Shown piece after piece: positions 28,427 to 38,660 of a stretch of 64,000 nucleotides of DNA; position 1 is the stretch's first letter, and every line of letters starts with the position of its first letter. The stretch covers positions 32,001 to 96,000 of the forward strand of contig JBCCQY010000002.1 of NCBI GenBank assembly GCA_039208735.1, in the 5' to 3' direction. This DNA comes from Myxococcota bacterium. GTDB taxonomy: Bacteria > Myxococcota_A > UBA796 > GCA-2862545. Below the pieces are notes generated by a model. The model was not told where the DNA came from. It worked only from the letters and a program-made list of their open reading frames with translations, and ran no database searches. A program made the position numbers and the translations under genes.

Positions 28427-29119
28427 TCACTCGGCTGCGGGCGCTTCGGCTCCCTCTGCCGCCTCACCCTCCGCGGGAGCTTCTGCGTCTTCCGCCTCGG
28501 CCGGCGCCTCGCCACCCGCGGCCGCGATCGTCAGGGGAACCGAAACCTCGGCCCAGCGAAGTGCGATGCCGTCGTCGGTACCCTGAATATCGAAGGCTTC
28601 GACCAACTCGGCTTCGATGGGCTTCGACGTCACGCGCAAGGCGTCTTGCGCTTCGTCATACTTGAACGCGCCCCACTGCTTGGGCTGCTTGTTGAAAATG
28701 ATCCCCCATTCATCTTCGCCGGGGATCGTGAACAAAGCGTACACACCCTTGCCGAGCGGCTGTCCCTGAACCGTCACATCCTGTTCGAACGCAATGGTCG
28801 AGGCTTCGTCAGCCCCTGTGCGCCAGATCTGGCCGTAGGTCACAAGACCGCCGAACACCGTCCGACCGCGCATCTCGGGTCGGCCGAAACGCACGTCGAC
28901 TTTGGCCCCACCTGCTTCATGAACGAGCTGACCATTCTTGCTCGCGCGACCGGCATCGTCGCCGCGAGCTGGGATCTCCATGGACGCCGCTTCGGGAGCG
29001 GGCGCCTCGGGCGTCGCCTCAGCCACGGGGGCTTCCGCCGCCGCATCCGCAGGCTCAACCTTGTTTTGCGAGTTGCAGCCGGCCAAAAGCGCCGCGACCA
29101 CCCAACCTGCACCCATCAT
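28427..29119 (-). CDS. DUF2911 domain lipoprotein
   Basis: Lipobox LAGC; RAS..V.FGRP..RGR.VFGGLV.YGQIWRTGADEA, YALFTIP, QWGAFKY; AGGAGG SD. Confidence 0.85.
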   Translation of the reverse strand: MMGAGWVVAALLAGCNSQNKVEPADAAAEAPVAEATPEAPAPEAASMEIPARGDDAGRASKNGQLVHEAGGAKVDVRFGRPEMRGRTVFGGLVTYGQIWRTGADEASTIAFEQDVTVQGQPLGKGVYALFTIPGEDEWGIIFNKQPKQWGAFKYDEAQDALRVTSKPIEAELVEAFDIQGTDDGIALRWAEVSVPLTIAAAGGEAPAEAEDAEAPAEGEAAEGAEAPAAE

Positions 29120-29178
29120 GGTGACTCCTCCTTTCCGAGCAGTTGGGTACAATCCTGGTCGCCTAACAGCAAGCGACG

Positions 29179-30567
29179 TCACAGCGACAGTCGAACGCCC
29201 GAGCCGTGTTGCTGCTTGAGATATTCGTGCAACCGAATGCGCCGATCCGGCGTTCCGGCCACAGACAGGAACTCACCCTGGCCCTGCGGCAGAGTCTGCG
29301 TCCATCGGTCGGGACCCTTCACACCATAATTATCGCCATAGTACGACATGACCCAGATGTTAGTGCCATCCTGCGCAAAGGTCGCCCGGGCTTCTTCCAT
29401 CGTTTCGCGCTCAAAGGTGGCCGCATCAATGCCTCGGAGGTCGCGCGCGTAGTACTTCGTGTCCGTCCGCAGCCCCTGGCCATAGAAGTACTCCCAGCGC
29501 GATTCGACGAAGCCATCCGCGGTGCGTTCTCCCCCTCCGGTCAGGTCGACGCTCGCAGACCCATCCCGAGGCCACCCATGGGTCATGAAAATGATCGTCT
29601 GGGTGTCGACGACCGACGGCAGCCCCGCAAACCGTGCTTTCGCGAACCGCAACGCCATCTGAAAATTCTGCAGTCCATTTTCTGGCGATCCCGGTCCGCC
29701 GGGCCCTTCATCCTCATCGGAATAAATGCGGAAGTTCAGTGGGTAGCATCCGCCCAATTGGGGATTGGTGAAGTCGTCATCGCCGAGCGTCGCCGGATCT
29801 TTTGCCGTCGAAGTCGACAGGAATGCGCCGCTGGCACTGTTGTTCGCGCAATACGGAATCATCGCGGTATTCTCGAGGCGCAACGCGATCTCACCGGCTC
29901 GACTGCCGGGAGTGATGGCCTCCCATTCCGCACTGCGCGCAGAATTCATGAAGTGGTCGATCATCGACTTGGGCGTGGAGTGCTCCCACACGTAGTGTGC
30001 GGTGTACTGCGAAAGCCCCGCCCAAATCGCACTGGGCCGCTGCGCCATCACATCAAACAGTTCGAGCAGGTGATTACGTATCGGCGTGAAATCGCGATCG
30101 AATAGGGGAATGGTTCCATCCACCATGATCATGACCGCATGCACACCGTTGCTCGCCACCGCCGATCGACGAGTCGCAAACTCCTCAAAACCCCAAATCG
30201 AGGACAGAACAAAGGGCAGATTGCCTCGCATGACTTCGGCCCGGACCGCCGAGGCGGTGGGCAAGCCGGTTGGCGTAAAGACTCTGGATGCAGGTTCGTA
30301 ATCACCGAATTCCAACACGGACAGAACCCCTGGTGCAGACAAGACCGGGTTGGCATTTACCGTTTTGTCGGCCACGACTTGTGCCAACGCCAGATCTCGC
30401 GTTCGATTGAGCTCAATCAGCGTCGAAACGCTGGTGGCATCGGCGGCCACCTGGGTCTCCTCTTCGAGGTGACGCACCAACTGAACGTCTACCGCCAAGG
30501 CCCCAAACCCGAGCAATACAAACACCAACACCGAGAAGAGCAACGCATAGTTGCCACGACTGCGCAT
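29179..30567 (-). CDS. TadG-like pilus-associated protein with degenerate vWA domain
   Basis: RGNYALLF..LLGFGALAVD..QVAADA (Tad N-terminus); IMVD..IIFMTHG..IWVMSY vWA-like strands. Confidence 0.7.
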   Translation of the reverse strand: MRSRGNYALLFSVLVFVLLGFGALAVDVQLVRHLEEETQVAADATSVSTLIELNRTRDLALAQVVADKTVNANPVLSAPGVLSVLEFGDYEPASRVFTPTGLPTASAVRAEVMRGNLPFVLSSIWGFEEFATRRSAVASNGVHAVMIMVDGTIPLFDRDFTPIRNHLLELFDVMAQRPSAIWAGLSQYTAHYVWEHSTPKSMIDHFMNSARSAEWEAITPGSRAGEIALRLENTAMIPYCANNSASGAFLSTSTAKDPATLGDDDFTNPQLGGCYPLNFRIYSDEDEGPGGPGSPENGLQNFQMALRFAKARFAGLPSVVDTQTIIFMTHGWPRDGSASVDLTGGGERTADGFVESRWEYFYGQGLRTDTKYYARDLRGIDAATFERETMEEARATFAQDGTNIWVMSYYGDNYGVKGPDRWTQTLPQGQGEFLSVAGTPDRRIRLHEYLKQQHGSGVRLSL

Positions 30568-30675
30568 CGGTTCCCCCCCAATACGGGGGGCATTGTGTCC
30601 GATCTCGCGCCACCACGCATTAAACAACCGTGACAGAAATGGCCGCAGCCCCTAAGCGTGGTGTAGCCTCCGGCC

Positions 30676-33291
30676 ATGTCAGACGAAACCTTGGATGTTG
30701 AACCGGTGACGGCGGGCGAACGCGCCCTCATCGAGGCGGTGAAGAAGGGTCGGCGCGCCCGGTGCCGTGGTGAAGTGGTGCGAGCGTCGATGGTGCGACG
30801 CATCGCGATGGAGGGCGTGCCAGGCGGACCGGTCCCCTCGAGCATCGCCATCGACGAAGCGATCATCGAGGGCATGCTCGACCTCGAAGGGTGTGCCATC
30901 GATTGGCCGCTGCTGTTCTTCGCCTGCCAATTCGGAAGCCCGGGCCATCGCAAGGAACCGTTGGTCGTTCGCGATGCACGGTTGCGCCGGCTTGGCTTGC
31001 ACGAATGCCAGGTGTACGGCGGCATCAAGGCCGAACGCATTCAGGTCGAAAGCAGCTTGTTTATGGGCCGCGTCAATGTGGATGGCCCTCTCCGAATGCG
31101 CGGCGCCAAGATTGGAGGGTCGCTCAACCTCGAAGAGGCCACGCTGCGGGAGCCGGGCAATGCGATCTCGCTCGATAGCGCCGAAATCGGCGGCAACTGG
31201 CTCATGCGCGACGCCCGCATCGAAGGCACCGTGCGATTTTTGGGCGCGACGCTGAACGGCAGCCTCCTCATGGAGGGCGCCGACATCCGTTCGGTAGGCC
31301 TTGCCATGTCGGCCGATAGCGCTGACATTCAGGGGGCTTGGGTCCTCAACAAGGCCACGGTAGCGGGCTGGGTCCGGCTGCGTTCCGCCAAGCTACGAGC
31401 GTTCGTAGCCACCAATGCGGCCTTTCTCGAACCGGTGGATGCCAACACCCTAAGTCGCCCGCCGCTGCCCCCCGACGACCAAGTGCTCGTGCCCGCCGAT
31501 GAGCTGCCGGTGCCCGACGCCGATGCCGAAACCCGCGAGTCGACCCCGATGTGGGCCCGCGACCCCCGCGACCAAAGCCACCCGCAAATCGTGGTGAACC
31601 TCAACGGGGCTCGCGTCGACGGCGACATCGCCCTGCGCCGTTCGACCGTGGTGGGCGGTCTGTCGATCCGCCATGCCTACATCGAAGGGGTGGTGACCCT
31701 GGAACGCGCGACCATTGAAGGCTCCCCGCCGGCCCTCGATGCGACCGGCATCAATGCGAGCCAGGGCATCGCGCTTGACCATGCGGTGGTCAAGGGTGGC
31801 CTGACCCTCGAAGGCGCCCGGGTGAGTCGGGACCTTGCCGCAACGGGCCTCACGGTGAAGACGGTGCGGGGCCGCGCCATCACCGCAGACGTCATTCGGG
31901 TCGAAGGCAACTGGCTCATGCGTGGTGCAAAGCTCACCGGCACGGTTCGCATGTCGGGCGCTCAAATCGACGGCCAGCTGGCGATGGCGGACTGCCGCGT
32001 AAAGGGCCGCGATCTCGCCATTCGCGCGGACGGGGTGAGCATTGGCGGCGGCTGGTTCATGAGTCGGGCGAAGATCGACGGGCTCGTGCGGTTTCCGGCC
32101 TCGACAATCGGCAACCAACTTCGGTTTTCAGGGGCGTCCATCACGGTCAATCAGGGACCCGCGGTGTTCGCCAATGGCATCACCGTCAAGCGCGATGTGG
32201 TGCTCGCCGACGGATTCGCGACCGCGGGAGGGCTGACGTTCGATCAGTCACGCGTTCACGGTACCCTGAACCTGCGCGGATCCCGCATGGCGAGCGCCCA
32301 TCAGGTCCGGGGCGAGCATGTCCAGATCCCCGACGAACGAGGGGAACAGTTGGTGACCCGTTACGACACGAGCGCCTTCAGCTTGGTCGACTCGGTGGTG
32401 GATCGGCTGCAGATGCCTCGCGAAGGGGATCACCGCCCCCAAGGCATTGTCGACCTGTCCCGAGCCCAAGCCGGGTCCCTCGACGACCATGCCGATGCCT
32501 GGCCCCCTCACGGGCCGGACGTGGATGACACCTTCGACCACCTCGTCCTGGACGGCTTCACCTACAACCACCTCGAAAACCCTGCCGGCGTGGACGAGGG
32601 CGATGGTCGGTCGGATGCGCCGGTGTGGTCGCAACGGCTGGCCTGGCTCGAAGGCCAAGCCCAGCGAGATCTCGACGAACTCTTCCGACCGGCCCCTTGG
32701 ATTCAGCTTGCGGGCCGGCTTCGCGCACAGGGCTACCAAGAGGACGCCCGTCAGATCACCATCGCGCGGGAACGGCGCCATCGCCGAAGTGCGTCCGTGC
32801 GGGTTCGGGAACGATGGCAGAGCGTGCTTCTCGATTGGTTTGCCTTGTACGGCCACAATCCGTGGCGCACGGTGGGCTGGATCGTGGTCTTCGTCCTGCT
32901 GTTCGCCGGCGTTTGGTCGGGGGCCGAGCAGATGTGCAAGGCACCCGACTGCCGCGACGAACAGGTGTTCGTTCGCACCAAACGGGGGGAATTCGCGGAC
33001 GATCTCAAGGTCCTGAACGCGACCTACCCGGAGTTCAACGCGCTCGCGTACTCCTTCGACTTGTTCGTGCCGGTCGTGGACTTCGGCCACCGGGAGTTTT
33101 GGCGGCCCAATACGCGATTCCGGCCCCTCGTCGAAGTCCAACTGCCGAAGGAGATCGCACCGGATGTACGGGTCGATCTCACCGTCGGTGAGCTGCTCTA
33201 CATCCTCACCATCGTCGAGATGGTGCTCGGGCTCATTCTCACCTCCCTCGCCGTCACGGGCTTCACGGGCATCATCGCGTCCGAGGTGTGA
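30676..33291 (+). CDS. Beta-solenoid repeat protein with C-terminal 2-TM/pore-like module (often labelled 'membrane-associated oxidoreductase')
   Basis: Repeats of G.vrl.gA.I.G.l.l.gA; LDGFTY, RLAWL, P.P.IQLA..LR..G, YGHNPWR, ALAYSFDLFVPVVDFG. Confidence 0.75.
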   Translation: MSDETLDVEPVTAGERALIEAVKKGRRARCRGEVVRASMVRRIAMEGVPGGPVPSSIAIDEAIIEGMLDLEGCAIDWPLLFFACQFGSPGHRKEPLVVRDARLRRLGLHECQVYGGIKAERIQVESSLFMGRVNVDGPLRMRGAKIGGSLNLEEATLREPGNAISLDSAEIGGNWLMRDARIEGTVRFLGATLNGSLLMEGADIRSVGLAMSADSADIQGAWVLNKATVAGWVRLRSAKLRAFVATNAAFLEPVDANTLSRPPLPPDDQVLVPADELPVPDADAETRESTPMWARDPRDQSHPQIVVNLNGARVDGDIALRRSTVVGGLSIRHAYIEGVVTLERATIEGSPPALDATGINASQGIALDHAVVKGGLTLEGARVSRDLAATGLTVKTVRGRAITADVIRVEGNWLMRGAKLTGTVRMSGAQIDGQLAMADCRVKGRDLAIRADGVSIGGGWFMSRAKIDGLVRFPASTIGNQLRFSGASITVNQGPAVFANGITVKRDVVLADGFATAGGLTFDQSRVHGTLNLRGSRMASAHQVRGEHVQIPDERGEQLVTRYDTSAFSLVDSVVDRLQMPREGDHRPQGIVDLSRAQAGSLDDHADAWPPHGPDVDDTFDHLVLDGFTYNHLENPAGVDEGDGRSDAPVWSQRLAWLEGQAQRDLDELFRPAPWIQLAGRLRAQGYQEDARQITIARERRHRRSASVRVRERWQSVLLDWFALYGHNPWRTVGWIVVFVLLFAGVWSGAEQMCKAPDCRDEQVFVRTKRGEFADDLKVLNATYPEFNALAYSFDLFVPVVDFGHREFWRPNTRFRPLVEVQLPKEIAPDVRVDLTVGELLYILTIVEMVLGLILTSLAVTGFTGIIASEV

Positions 33292-34429
33292 GCAAGTCGT
33301 CGTAGAGCGCCTCGTAGGCGCTGACGCGGGCTTGGATTTCGAACCGCTCGACCGCATGGGCCCGGGCCGCACGTCCCAACGCCTGCTGCCGTTCGGGATG
33401 GGAAAGCACCTCGACCACGCGCTCCGCAAGCGCATCGACGTCGTCAGGGGGGACCAGGAAGCCCGTCTCTCCATCGACGACCACCTCGGGGAGGCCACCG
33501 ACTCGATAGGCGACCACGGGAACGCCGCACGCCAAGGCCTCGAGCGCGGCCAGACCGAAGCTCTCGGTGCGACTCGGCAGCACGAACACCGAGGCCTCGC
33601 GTACGAGCGCCTCGGGATGCGCCTGGTTGCCGATCAAGCGGGCCCGGTCCGACAACCCCACCTGCCGCAAGCGCGCTTCGACATTTCGCCGCTCGGGCCC
33701 ATCCCCCACCAGCAGCAATCGGGCGTCGGTCCGTGCCAACACTCGCGTGAACATCTCGACGAGTTGCTCGACCTGTTTGACCGGTCGAAAGTTGCTGACA
33801 TGCACGATCACCGGGACATCGTCGTCGCCGAAGAGGGCCGCGAGCCGTGGCCTTCCCCGCTGGGACGGGTCGATCGGCTTGTACACGTGGGGGTCCACGA
33901 AATTGGGAATGACCGAGATCGGCCGTTCTTCGGGAGAGAGCGCAAGCGATTGGTAGGTGTCTTCGCGCAGCGAGCGCGAGGGGGTGGTGACGGCATCGGA
34001 CTGCAGGATGCTGTGACGCACGATGGGCCGGTAGCCTTCGTCTTGCCCAATGAGCGTGACGTCGGTGCCGTGCAACGTGGTGACGATGCGCATCTTGGGC
34101 CCCAGTGCCTCCCGGGCCATCCACGCGGCCGCCGCATGGGGCAACGCGTAGTGCGCATGGACGAGATCGAGGCCCGAGTGGGTGGCCACTGAGACGAGGG
34201 TCGAGGCCAACGCAAGGGTGTAGGGAACGTGAGGAAACACCGGGTAGGTCGCGGCATTCACCTGATGGAAGAACACGTTGTCGAGGTTGCGGGACAACCG
34301 ACGGGGCACATCCGTGCTCACGAAGTGCACGACGTGTCCTCGGCGCGCAAGCTGTACGCCGATTTCGGTCGCGATGATCCCACTGCCGCCGAACGTCGGG
34401 TAGCACAGCACACCAATGCGCAAACTCAT
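33272..34429 (-). CDS. bshA: N-acetyl-alpha-D-glucosaminyl L-malate synthase
   Basis: CYPTFGGSGIIATE, HAHYALPHA, TTLHGTDVTL, HVSNFRPVK, ESFGLAALEA. Confidence 0.93.
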   Translation of the reverse strand: MSLRIGVLCYPTFGGSGIIATEIGVQLARRGHVVHFVSTDVPRRLSRNLDNVFFHQVNAATYPVFPHVPYTLALASTLVSVATHSGLDLVHAHYALPHAAAAWMAREALGPKMRIVTTLHGTDVTLIGQDEGYRPIVRHSILQSDAVTTPSRSLREDTYQSLALSPEERPISVIPNFVDPHVYKPIDPSQRGRPRLAALFGDDDVPVIVHVSNFRPVKQVEQLVEMFTRVLARTDARLLLVGDGPERRNVEARLRQVGLSDRARLIGNQAHPEALVREASVFVLPSRTESFGLAALEALACGVPVVAYRVGGLPEVVVDGETGFLVPPDDVDALAERVVEVLSHPERQQALGRAARAHAVERFEIQARVSAYEALYDDLLTPRTR

Positions 34430-35163
34430 CGGTAGGGTCCAAACGCTTGCGGCGATTGATGGGCGAAGTACGCCACGGGGTCAGGCACCGGCACCGGTCC
34501 GTTCAACACGTAGGGCTCTCCGTGTTCGACCCCGATGCTCGCGCCCCAATAGCGGTCGCGGGCTTCGAAGGCGCCGACCCCCAACGGGTCGTTGATGAGG
34601 GTCTGACGTGCCCCTTCGGCACGAAATTGGCTCGCATAACAGTCGATCGCGCGACGTTTGGTGTCGGCGAACGCGGTGATGTCGACGACAAAGTCGGGCC
34701 TTGGGTCACGCCGCTGACCGTAGTGCCATCGGTGGGTTAGCCGATGCGGAGGTCCCAGATCGGGCCAGCGATTGCGCACGCCCGCCCAGAAACACGCATC
34801 GGCCACCAAGGTTGCGGCTGCGGCGTGGTCCGGGTGCCGAGCTTCGGCCCACGGCCCCAGCACGATGCGGGGCTGGATGCGTCGCACCGTCGCCACAAGC
34901 GAGCGCAGTTGGTTGTCATCGGCCCCCCTCAACCCGCCATCGGGCAGGCCAAGGTTGCCCCGCTGGGCAACGCCGAGCACCTCCGCCGCCGCCGCCGCCT
35001 CGACCGCGCGCACCGCAGGCGTTCCGTTGGTGGCGAGTTCACCCCGCGTCAGATCGACGATGTGCACCACATGGCCTTGGGCGGTCGACCGAGCCACCAG
35101 GCCACCACACGACAGCTCCACATCGTCGGGATGCGCACCGAACACCAGCAGATCGACCGTCAC
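34426..35163 (-). CDS. bshB1: Bacillithiol biosynthesis deacetylase (PIG-L family)
   Basis: FGAHPDDVEL.CGG, DLTRGE..TNGT, RHPDH, PDFVVDIT, YASQF; between bshC and bshA. Confidence 0.9.
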   Translation of the reverse strand: MTVDLLVFGAHPDDVELSCGGLVARSTAQGHVVHIVDLTRGELATNGTPAVRAVEAAAAAEVLGVAQRGNLGLPDGGLRGADDNQLRSLVATVRRIQPRIVLGPWAEARHPDHAAAATLVADACFWAGVRNRWPDLGPPHRLTHRWHYGQRRDPRPDFVVDITAFADTKRRAIDCYASQFRAEGARQTLINDPLGVGAFEARDRYWGASIGVEHGEPYVLNGPVPVPDPVAYFAHQSPQAFGPYR

Positions 35164-36722
35164 GGGAGCGCCAAGGATCGCAGGGTTCCGTTCCAGGGCT
35201 CGATCGCCTCGATCAGCGCGGGCACCACGCGCTCCCAGCCCGACCGTGCCACCAACGTGGGCAACGACTGCGCCCGCTCTTGCGGGGCCCCTGCGGGCAC
35301 ATACCAATCGCACAACCGATTCAGGCGCCGCATCGCGATGGCGTTGTCTCGTGCGAGCGCCCTGCGGTAGCGTGCGATGAGCCGCTCCACGGCCCTGGTG
35401 ACCGTGGCCTGAGTCTTTGCCACCGACTTGCCAAGGCCCTTCGATCGTGCTTTGGCCTCCGGCGCACTGCGGTCAAGGGCATCGACCAGTGCGTTGCAAG
35501 CGCTCTGCCACGCCTCGAACGGTCCTTCTTCGACCGAGACGAGGTCGGCCAACAGTTCGTCGCGGGGCAAGGCCAGCCGGTCAAGCGACCATCCCCAGTT
35601 CTCGAGAATGCGGTCGCAAGCGGGGTCGCGAATCACGAAGCGGGGACGAGGAACCACCAACGGCATGGGAAGGTCGAAGTGCGCATAGACCGGGGGCAGT
35701 TGGGCGAAGTAGGCAATCTCACCTGGGCCCCCCAGGTAGGCCGCGGTCGGCAGCAGTCGGTCCTGAAGAATGGGCCGAAGCATCGCCGAAGTTGAAAAGG
35801 CACCGGTCGAAAGGTCCTTCACGGTGCGGTCGGTACCCACGAGCGACCAATCGTCGGTCGGCCCCGGTTCGAGCCGGTAGCGCGGCCCGTCGGGACCTTC
35901 GGGGTGGAAGAACGACAACGGTGCGCCAGGGCGAACGTGAATGGGAGCGACGAATCCCGCCGCGTTCAGGCCCTCGCTCCATTGTCGCGCGCGTTGGGCC
36001 AGCGTGGCCGCCTCGGTCACCGCCTGCTCGTGCAAGGGACGCGCCGCTTGTTGCACCCGGAGATCTCGCGGGTCCACGATCAACAGTCCATGCGGCGCGA
36101 ACAGGTCCTGCATCAATTCGGCAAAGGCCCCGGTCCAGGTTTGGTCCGGTGCATAGGCCTTACGGATCCGCGTGATGGTGGTGGGGCCATGGGGCAACTC
36201 ACGAATCGCTCGATCGAGCTGTTCGATCGCCTGGGTCGCGGCCGGTCCGATCGAACGCGCCCCCACCGACCGGCGGCGCTCGAGGGTGCTGGGCACAGCG
36301 ATGACCTGCCGTTCGCTGGCCGCATCGACGACGGCGGCGGTGGCGATCTCGTCGAAGTCGTGGTCTTCGCTCTGCAGCCAAAACACCGGCACGCATGGCG
36401 TACCGGTCGTCGCCTCAAGGACCTGGGCATGACGAATCGCGCCGGCGGCCTTGAACAGGGTGTAGAGCGGTCCACCGAACAGGCCCGCCTGTTGACCGGT
36501 GACCACACAAACCGACCCCGTACGGGCCAACTGGTCGCGATTGCGAGCCTGCGCATCCGTGCGGGTCTCGACCGCCCCCACGACCGCTGGATGAACGGAT
36601 CGCGTGGCCGCTCGGGCAACCGTCTCGCGACGGGCGGTAGGATCGCGGAAGGCCGCCGGCAGCCAGCGTAATGCTTGGTCCTCTCCGGCCAACCATGCCG
36701 CTGTCAACGTCGTTGGGCCCAT
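35160..36722 (-). CDS. bshC: Bacillithiol biosynthesis cysteine-adding enzyme
   Basis: VVTGQQAGLFGGPLY, VPVFW..SEDHDFDEI, LRPILQD.LLPT.AY.GGPGEIAYFAQ, PQER. Confidence 0.92.
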   Translation of the reverse strand: MGPTTLTAAWLAGEDQALRWLPAAFRDPTARRETVARAATRSVHPAVVGAVETRTDAQARNRDQLARTGSVCVVTGQQAGLFGGPLYTLFKAAGAIRHAQVLEATTGTPCVPVFWLQSEDHDFDEIATAAVVDAASERQVIAVPSTLERRRSVGARSIGPAATQAIEQLDRAIRELPHGPTTITRIRKAYAPDQTWTGAFAELMQDLFAPHGLLIVDPRDLRVQQAARPLHEQAVTEAATLAQRARQWSEGLNAAGFVAPIHVRPGAPLSFFHPEGPDGPRYRLEPGPTDDWSLVGTDRTVKDLSTGAFSTSAMLRPILQDRLLPTAAYLGGPGEIAYFAQLPPVYAHFDLPMPLVVPRPRFVIRDPACDRILENWGWSLDRLALPRDELLADLVSVEEGPFEAWQSACNALVDALDRSAPEAKARSKGLGKSVAKTQATVTRAVERLIARYRRALARDNAIAMRRLNRLCDWYVPAGAPQERAQSLPTLVARSGWERVVPALIEAIEPWNGTLRSLALP

Positions 36723-36846
36723 GGCCGAGAGAGTGCTGTCGTAGCCGGCCAAAAGCCGGTCACAAATGGTCGCTGCTTGATTCCACCTTCGGGCTCTGCC
36801 ATACACATCGCACCGTTCCCGAGCTGGTCCGGACCCAGGAGCCTGC

Positions 36847-36981
36847 GTGTCGAACGACGCCGACCATCCCGACGCCCCGCCCCCTCTCCTCGGCCACTGG
36901 CGAAACCTTTATGCGCTTGTGATCGGAGCCCTCGCCGTACAGATCGTGCTGTATTCCTGGGTTTCGTGGATGCTGTCGTGA
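36847..36981 (+). CDS. 44-aa single-TM protein upstream of the SSS transporter (absent from the ORF track)
   Basis: GTG start with AGGAG SD; MSNDADHPDAPPPLLGHWRNLYALVIGALAVQIVLYSWVSWMLS*; stop overlaps the SSS start (GTGA). Confidence 0.7.
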   Translation: MSNDADHPDAPPPLLGHWRNLYALVIGALAVQIVLYSWVSWMLS

Positions 36982-38660
36982 CCGGTCTCGATTGGGTTGT
37001 GATGCTCGGCACCATCGCAACCATCGTGGTCTACGGCCTGTGGCAATCCCGTCGAGGCACCTCGGCCGCGAGCTACCTCAAAGGCGAGGACCTTCGCTGG
37101 CCGACGATTGGGCTTTCGATCATGGCCACCCAGGCCTCCGCGATCACCTTCCTTTCGGTGCCCGGACAGGCCTACGAAGACGGCATGGGCTTCGTGCAGT
37201 TCTACTTTGGGCTGCCCATCGCGATGGTCATCATCAGCGCGGTGTTCGTGCCCATCTACTACAGACTCAAGGTCTACACGGCCTACGAGTACCTCGAACA
37301 GCGATTCGACGTGAAGGTTCGGGTCCTGGCGGCCCTCTTGTTCATGGTCGGCCGGGGACTCGCGGCGGGCATTAGCATCTACGCACCTGCCATCGTGCTT
37401 TCCACGATTCTGGGGTGGTCGCTCAACATCACGAATGTGGTGATTGGTGCGACCGTCATCCTGTACACCGTCACCGGTGGGGCCAAAGCGGTCAGTCAGA
37501 CCCAACGTCAGCAGATGATCGTGATCATGGCGGGCATTCTCATTGCCGCCGTCGTCATCGCCTGGCGCTTGCCCACCGGCGTGTCGGTCCTCGATGCCGC
37601 CACGGTCGCCGGAGCGGTTGGTCGTATGGAAATCGTGAGTTTCGACCTCGATCCGACGAGCCGCTACACCGTCTGGTCGGGCCTCACCGGAGGGCTCTTT
37701 CTCGCGCTATCCTACTTTGGAACCGATCAGTCCCAGGTCCAGCGCTACCTCGGCGGCCGATCGGTGGCCGAGAGCCGTCTGGGACTCCTGTTCAACGGGC
37801 TGCTGAAGATTCCCATGCAGCTCCTCATCTTGTTCATCGGCATCCTTGTGTTCGCGTTCCACGTGTTCGAGGAACCGCCGATCTTCTTCAACGAAACTGC
37901 CCTTGCCGAAGTACGACAGACCGAACAAGCCGCGGAACTCGCCGGACTCGAAGCCTCGTTCTCCAATGCCTTCGAGGCCCGACGCGCCGCGGCAGAAGCC
38001 GTCGTGACCTCGGACAGCCCATCCGCCAGGGCCGCGTTGCAAGACGCCCAGGCCCAGATGGAGGTGCTGCGCAGTGACGCGAAGCGGGTCATCGCCGAGG
38101 CCGTGCCAGGCACCGAGACCAAAGACCAAGACTTCATTTTCATCTCGTTTGTGCTGCACTATCTCCCGTCGGGACTCATCGGACTGCTTCTCGCCGTGAT
38201 CTTGAGTGCCGCGATGAGCAGCACGGCGAGTGAACTCAATGCGCTTGGCGCCACCTCGGTGGTGGATCTCTACGGACGACTCTTCGATCGCAATGCCGAT
38301 GACCAGCGCACCATCGCCCTGTCCAAAGGGTTCACGGTGCTGTGGGGCCTCATCGCGATTGCGTTCGCCACGTTCGCGTCGCTCGTCGACAACCTCATCC
38401 AGGCGGTCAACATCATCGGCTCGTTGTTCTATGGCGTAAGCCTCGGCTTGTTCCTGGTGGGCTTCTTCCTCAAGCGGGTGCAGGCCAACGCCACGTTCGT
38501 GGCTGGGCTCCTCGCCCAGGCCGCCGTATTGGGCCTGTACTTCACCGCCGACATCGGTTTTCTTTGGTTCAACCTCATCGGATGCGTCCTCGTGGTGGTT
38601 CTCGCCCAGGCGGGACAGCTCGTCCGTGGCGCATCCCCATCCCCAGGAGAGCCCTCATGA
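36978..38660 (+). CDS. Sodium:solute symporter (SSS family)
   Basis: LSIMATQASAITFLSVPG, TAYEYLEQRF, YTVTGG, GTDQSQVQRY, SAAMSS..SELN. Confidence 0.93.
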   Translation: MTGLDWVVMLGTIATIVVYGLWQSRRGTSAASYLKGEDLRWPTIGLSIMATQASAITFLSVPGQAYEDGMGFVQFYFGLPIAMVIISAVFVPIYYRLKVYTAYEYLEQRFDVKVRVLAALLFMVGRGLAAGISIYAPAIVLSTILGWSLNITNVVIGATVILYTVTGGAKAVSQTQRQQMIVIMAGILIAAVVIAWRLPTGVSVLDAATVAGAVGRMEIVSFDLDPTSRYTVWSGLTGGLFLALSYFGTDQSQVQRYLGGRSVAESRLGLLFNGLLKIPMQLLILFIGILVFAFHVFEEPPIFFNETALAEVRQTEQAAELAGLEASFSNAFEARRAAAEAVVTSDSPSARAALQDAQAQMEVLRSDAKRVIAEAVPGTETKDQDFIFISFVLHYLPSGLIGLLLAVILSAAMSSTASELNALGATSVVDLYGRLFDRNADDQRTIALSKGFTVLWGLIAIAFATFASLVDNLIQAVNIIGSLFYGVSLGLFLVGFFLKRVQANATFVAGLLAQAAVLGLYFTADIGFLWFNLIGCVLVVVLAQAGQLVRGASPSPGEPS

